From Candidatus Iainarchaeum sp. (lineage in GTDB: Archaea; Iainarchaeota; Iainarchaeia; Iainarchaeales; CSSED10-239): a stretch of 6,078 bases of DNA. Of this stretch, positions 6,055 through 6,078 are shown one piece after another; position 1 is the first letter of the stretch, and each line of letters opens with the position of its first letter. The DNA is taken from NCBI GenBank assembly GCA_028693335.1, contig JAQUVR010000041.1:1-6078 (forward strand), read 5' to 3'. The notes beneath the pieces were generated by a model. That model made no database searches and was not told the origin of the DNA. It saw only the letters and a program-made list of their open reading frames with translations. A program made the position numbers and the translations under genes.

Positions 6055-6078
6055 TTAGGCAAATATTTTCAATAAACC

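Noticed and set aside
1-6078. Alternative genetic code (TGA recoded, as in some candidate phyla or Mollicutes)
   Set aside because: All ORFs are full length under the standard code. SHMT has the expected ~406 aa. The one Trp codon I checked is TGG (GGSW in DUF1003). Nothing requires recoding.
5975-6078. THF- or ZTP-type riboswitch, or another structured leader, upstream of the folate/thymidylate operon
   Set aside because: The region is almost pure A/T, with no G/C-containing stems able to form the conserved helices. Only ~100 nt upstream is available, so an element further upstream cannot be excluded.
6055-6078. Possible 3' end of another minus-strand gene (frame open from the window edge, ...GLLKIFA, to TAA at 6055-6057)
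   Set aside because: Only 7 codons are visible, so this cannot be told apart from chance.
1-6078. Mobile elements, CRISPR arrays, tRNA/rRNA genes, defence-system hallmarks
   Set aside because: I saw none of the following:
- transposase, integrase or nuclease motifs in any ORF;
- regularly spaced direct repeats;
- GC-rich structured RNA islands;
- any non-coding gap longer than about 100 nt.

Short repeated words such as CTAAAACTT at 1-9 and 115-123 are within chance expectation for this composition.

Overview
The window is AT-rich and almost entirely coding. It holds seven co-directional minus-strand ORFs with gaps of about 10-50 nt, no plus-strand ORFs in the track, and no visible internal terminators, so it reads as one operon-like array. 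All homology calls below come from motifs I recognise by eye; no search was run.

Two genes are confidently recognisable and functionally coupled. One is glyA (serine hydroxymethyltransferase, PLP-Lys motif TTHKTLRGPRGG). The other is a long (~507 aa) internally duplicated flavin-dependent thymidylate synthase, thyX. A third gene is a clear DUF1003-family membrane protein.

The other four genes have no family I can name:
- a 236-aa protein wedged between thyX and glyA;
- a 117-aa beta-sandwich-like protein at the head of the array;
- a ~250-aa protein ending in a kinase-like D-x4-N...D motif;
- a 5'-partial membrane-anchored protein that runs off the left edge.

I see no tRNA/rRNA, CRISPR, transposase or long repeat. 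The two most interesting points are these:
- The two ThyX halves have lost complementary subsets of the canonical active-site residues, and neither half keeps an intact RHR motif.
- An unassignable gene sits inside the glyA-thyX thymidylate-cycle pair.

Low GC, six of six visible stops being TAA, tight packing and many orphan genes suggest a small-genome uncultivated bacterium or archaeon. I cannot assign the lineage from this window.
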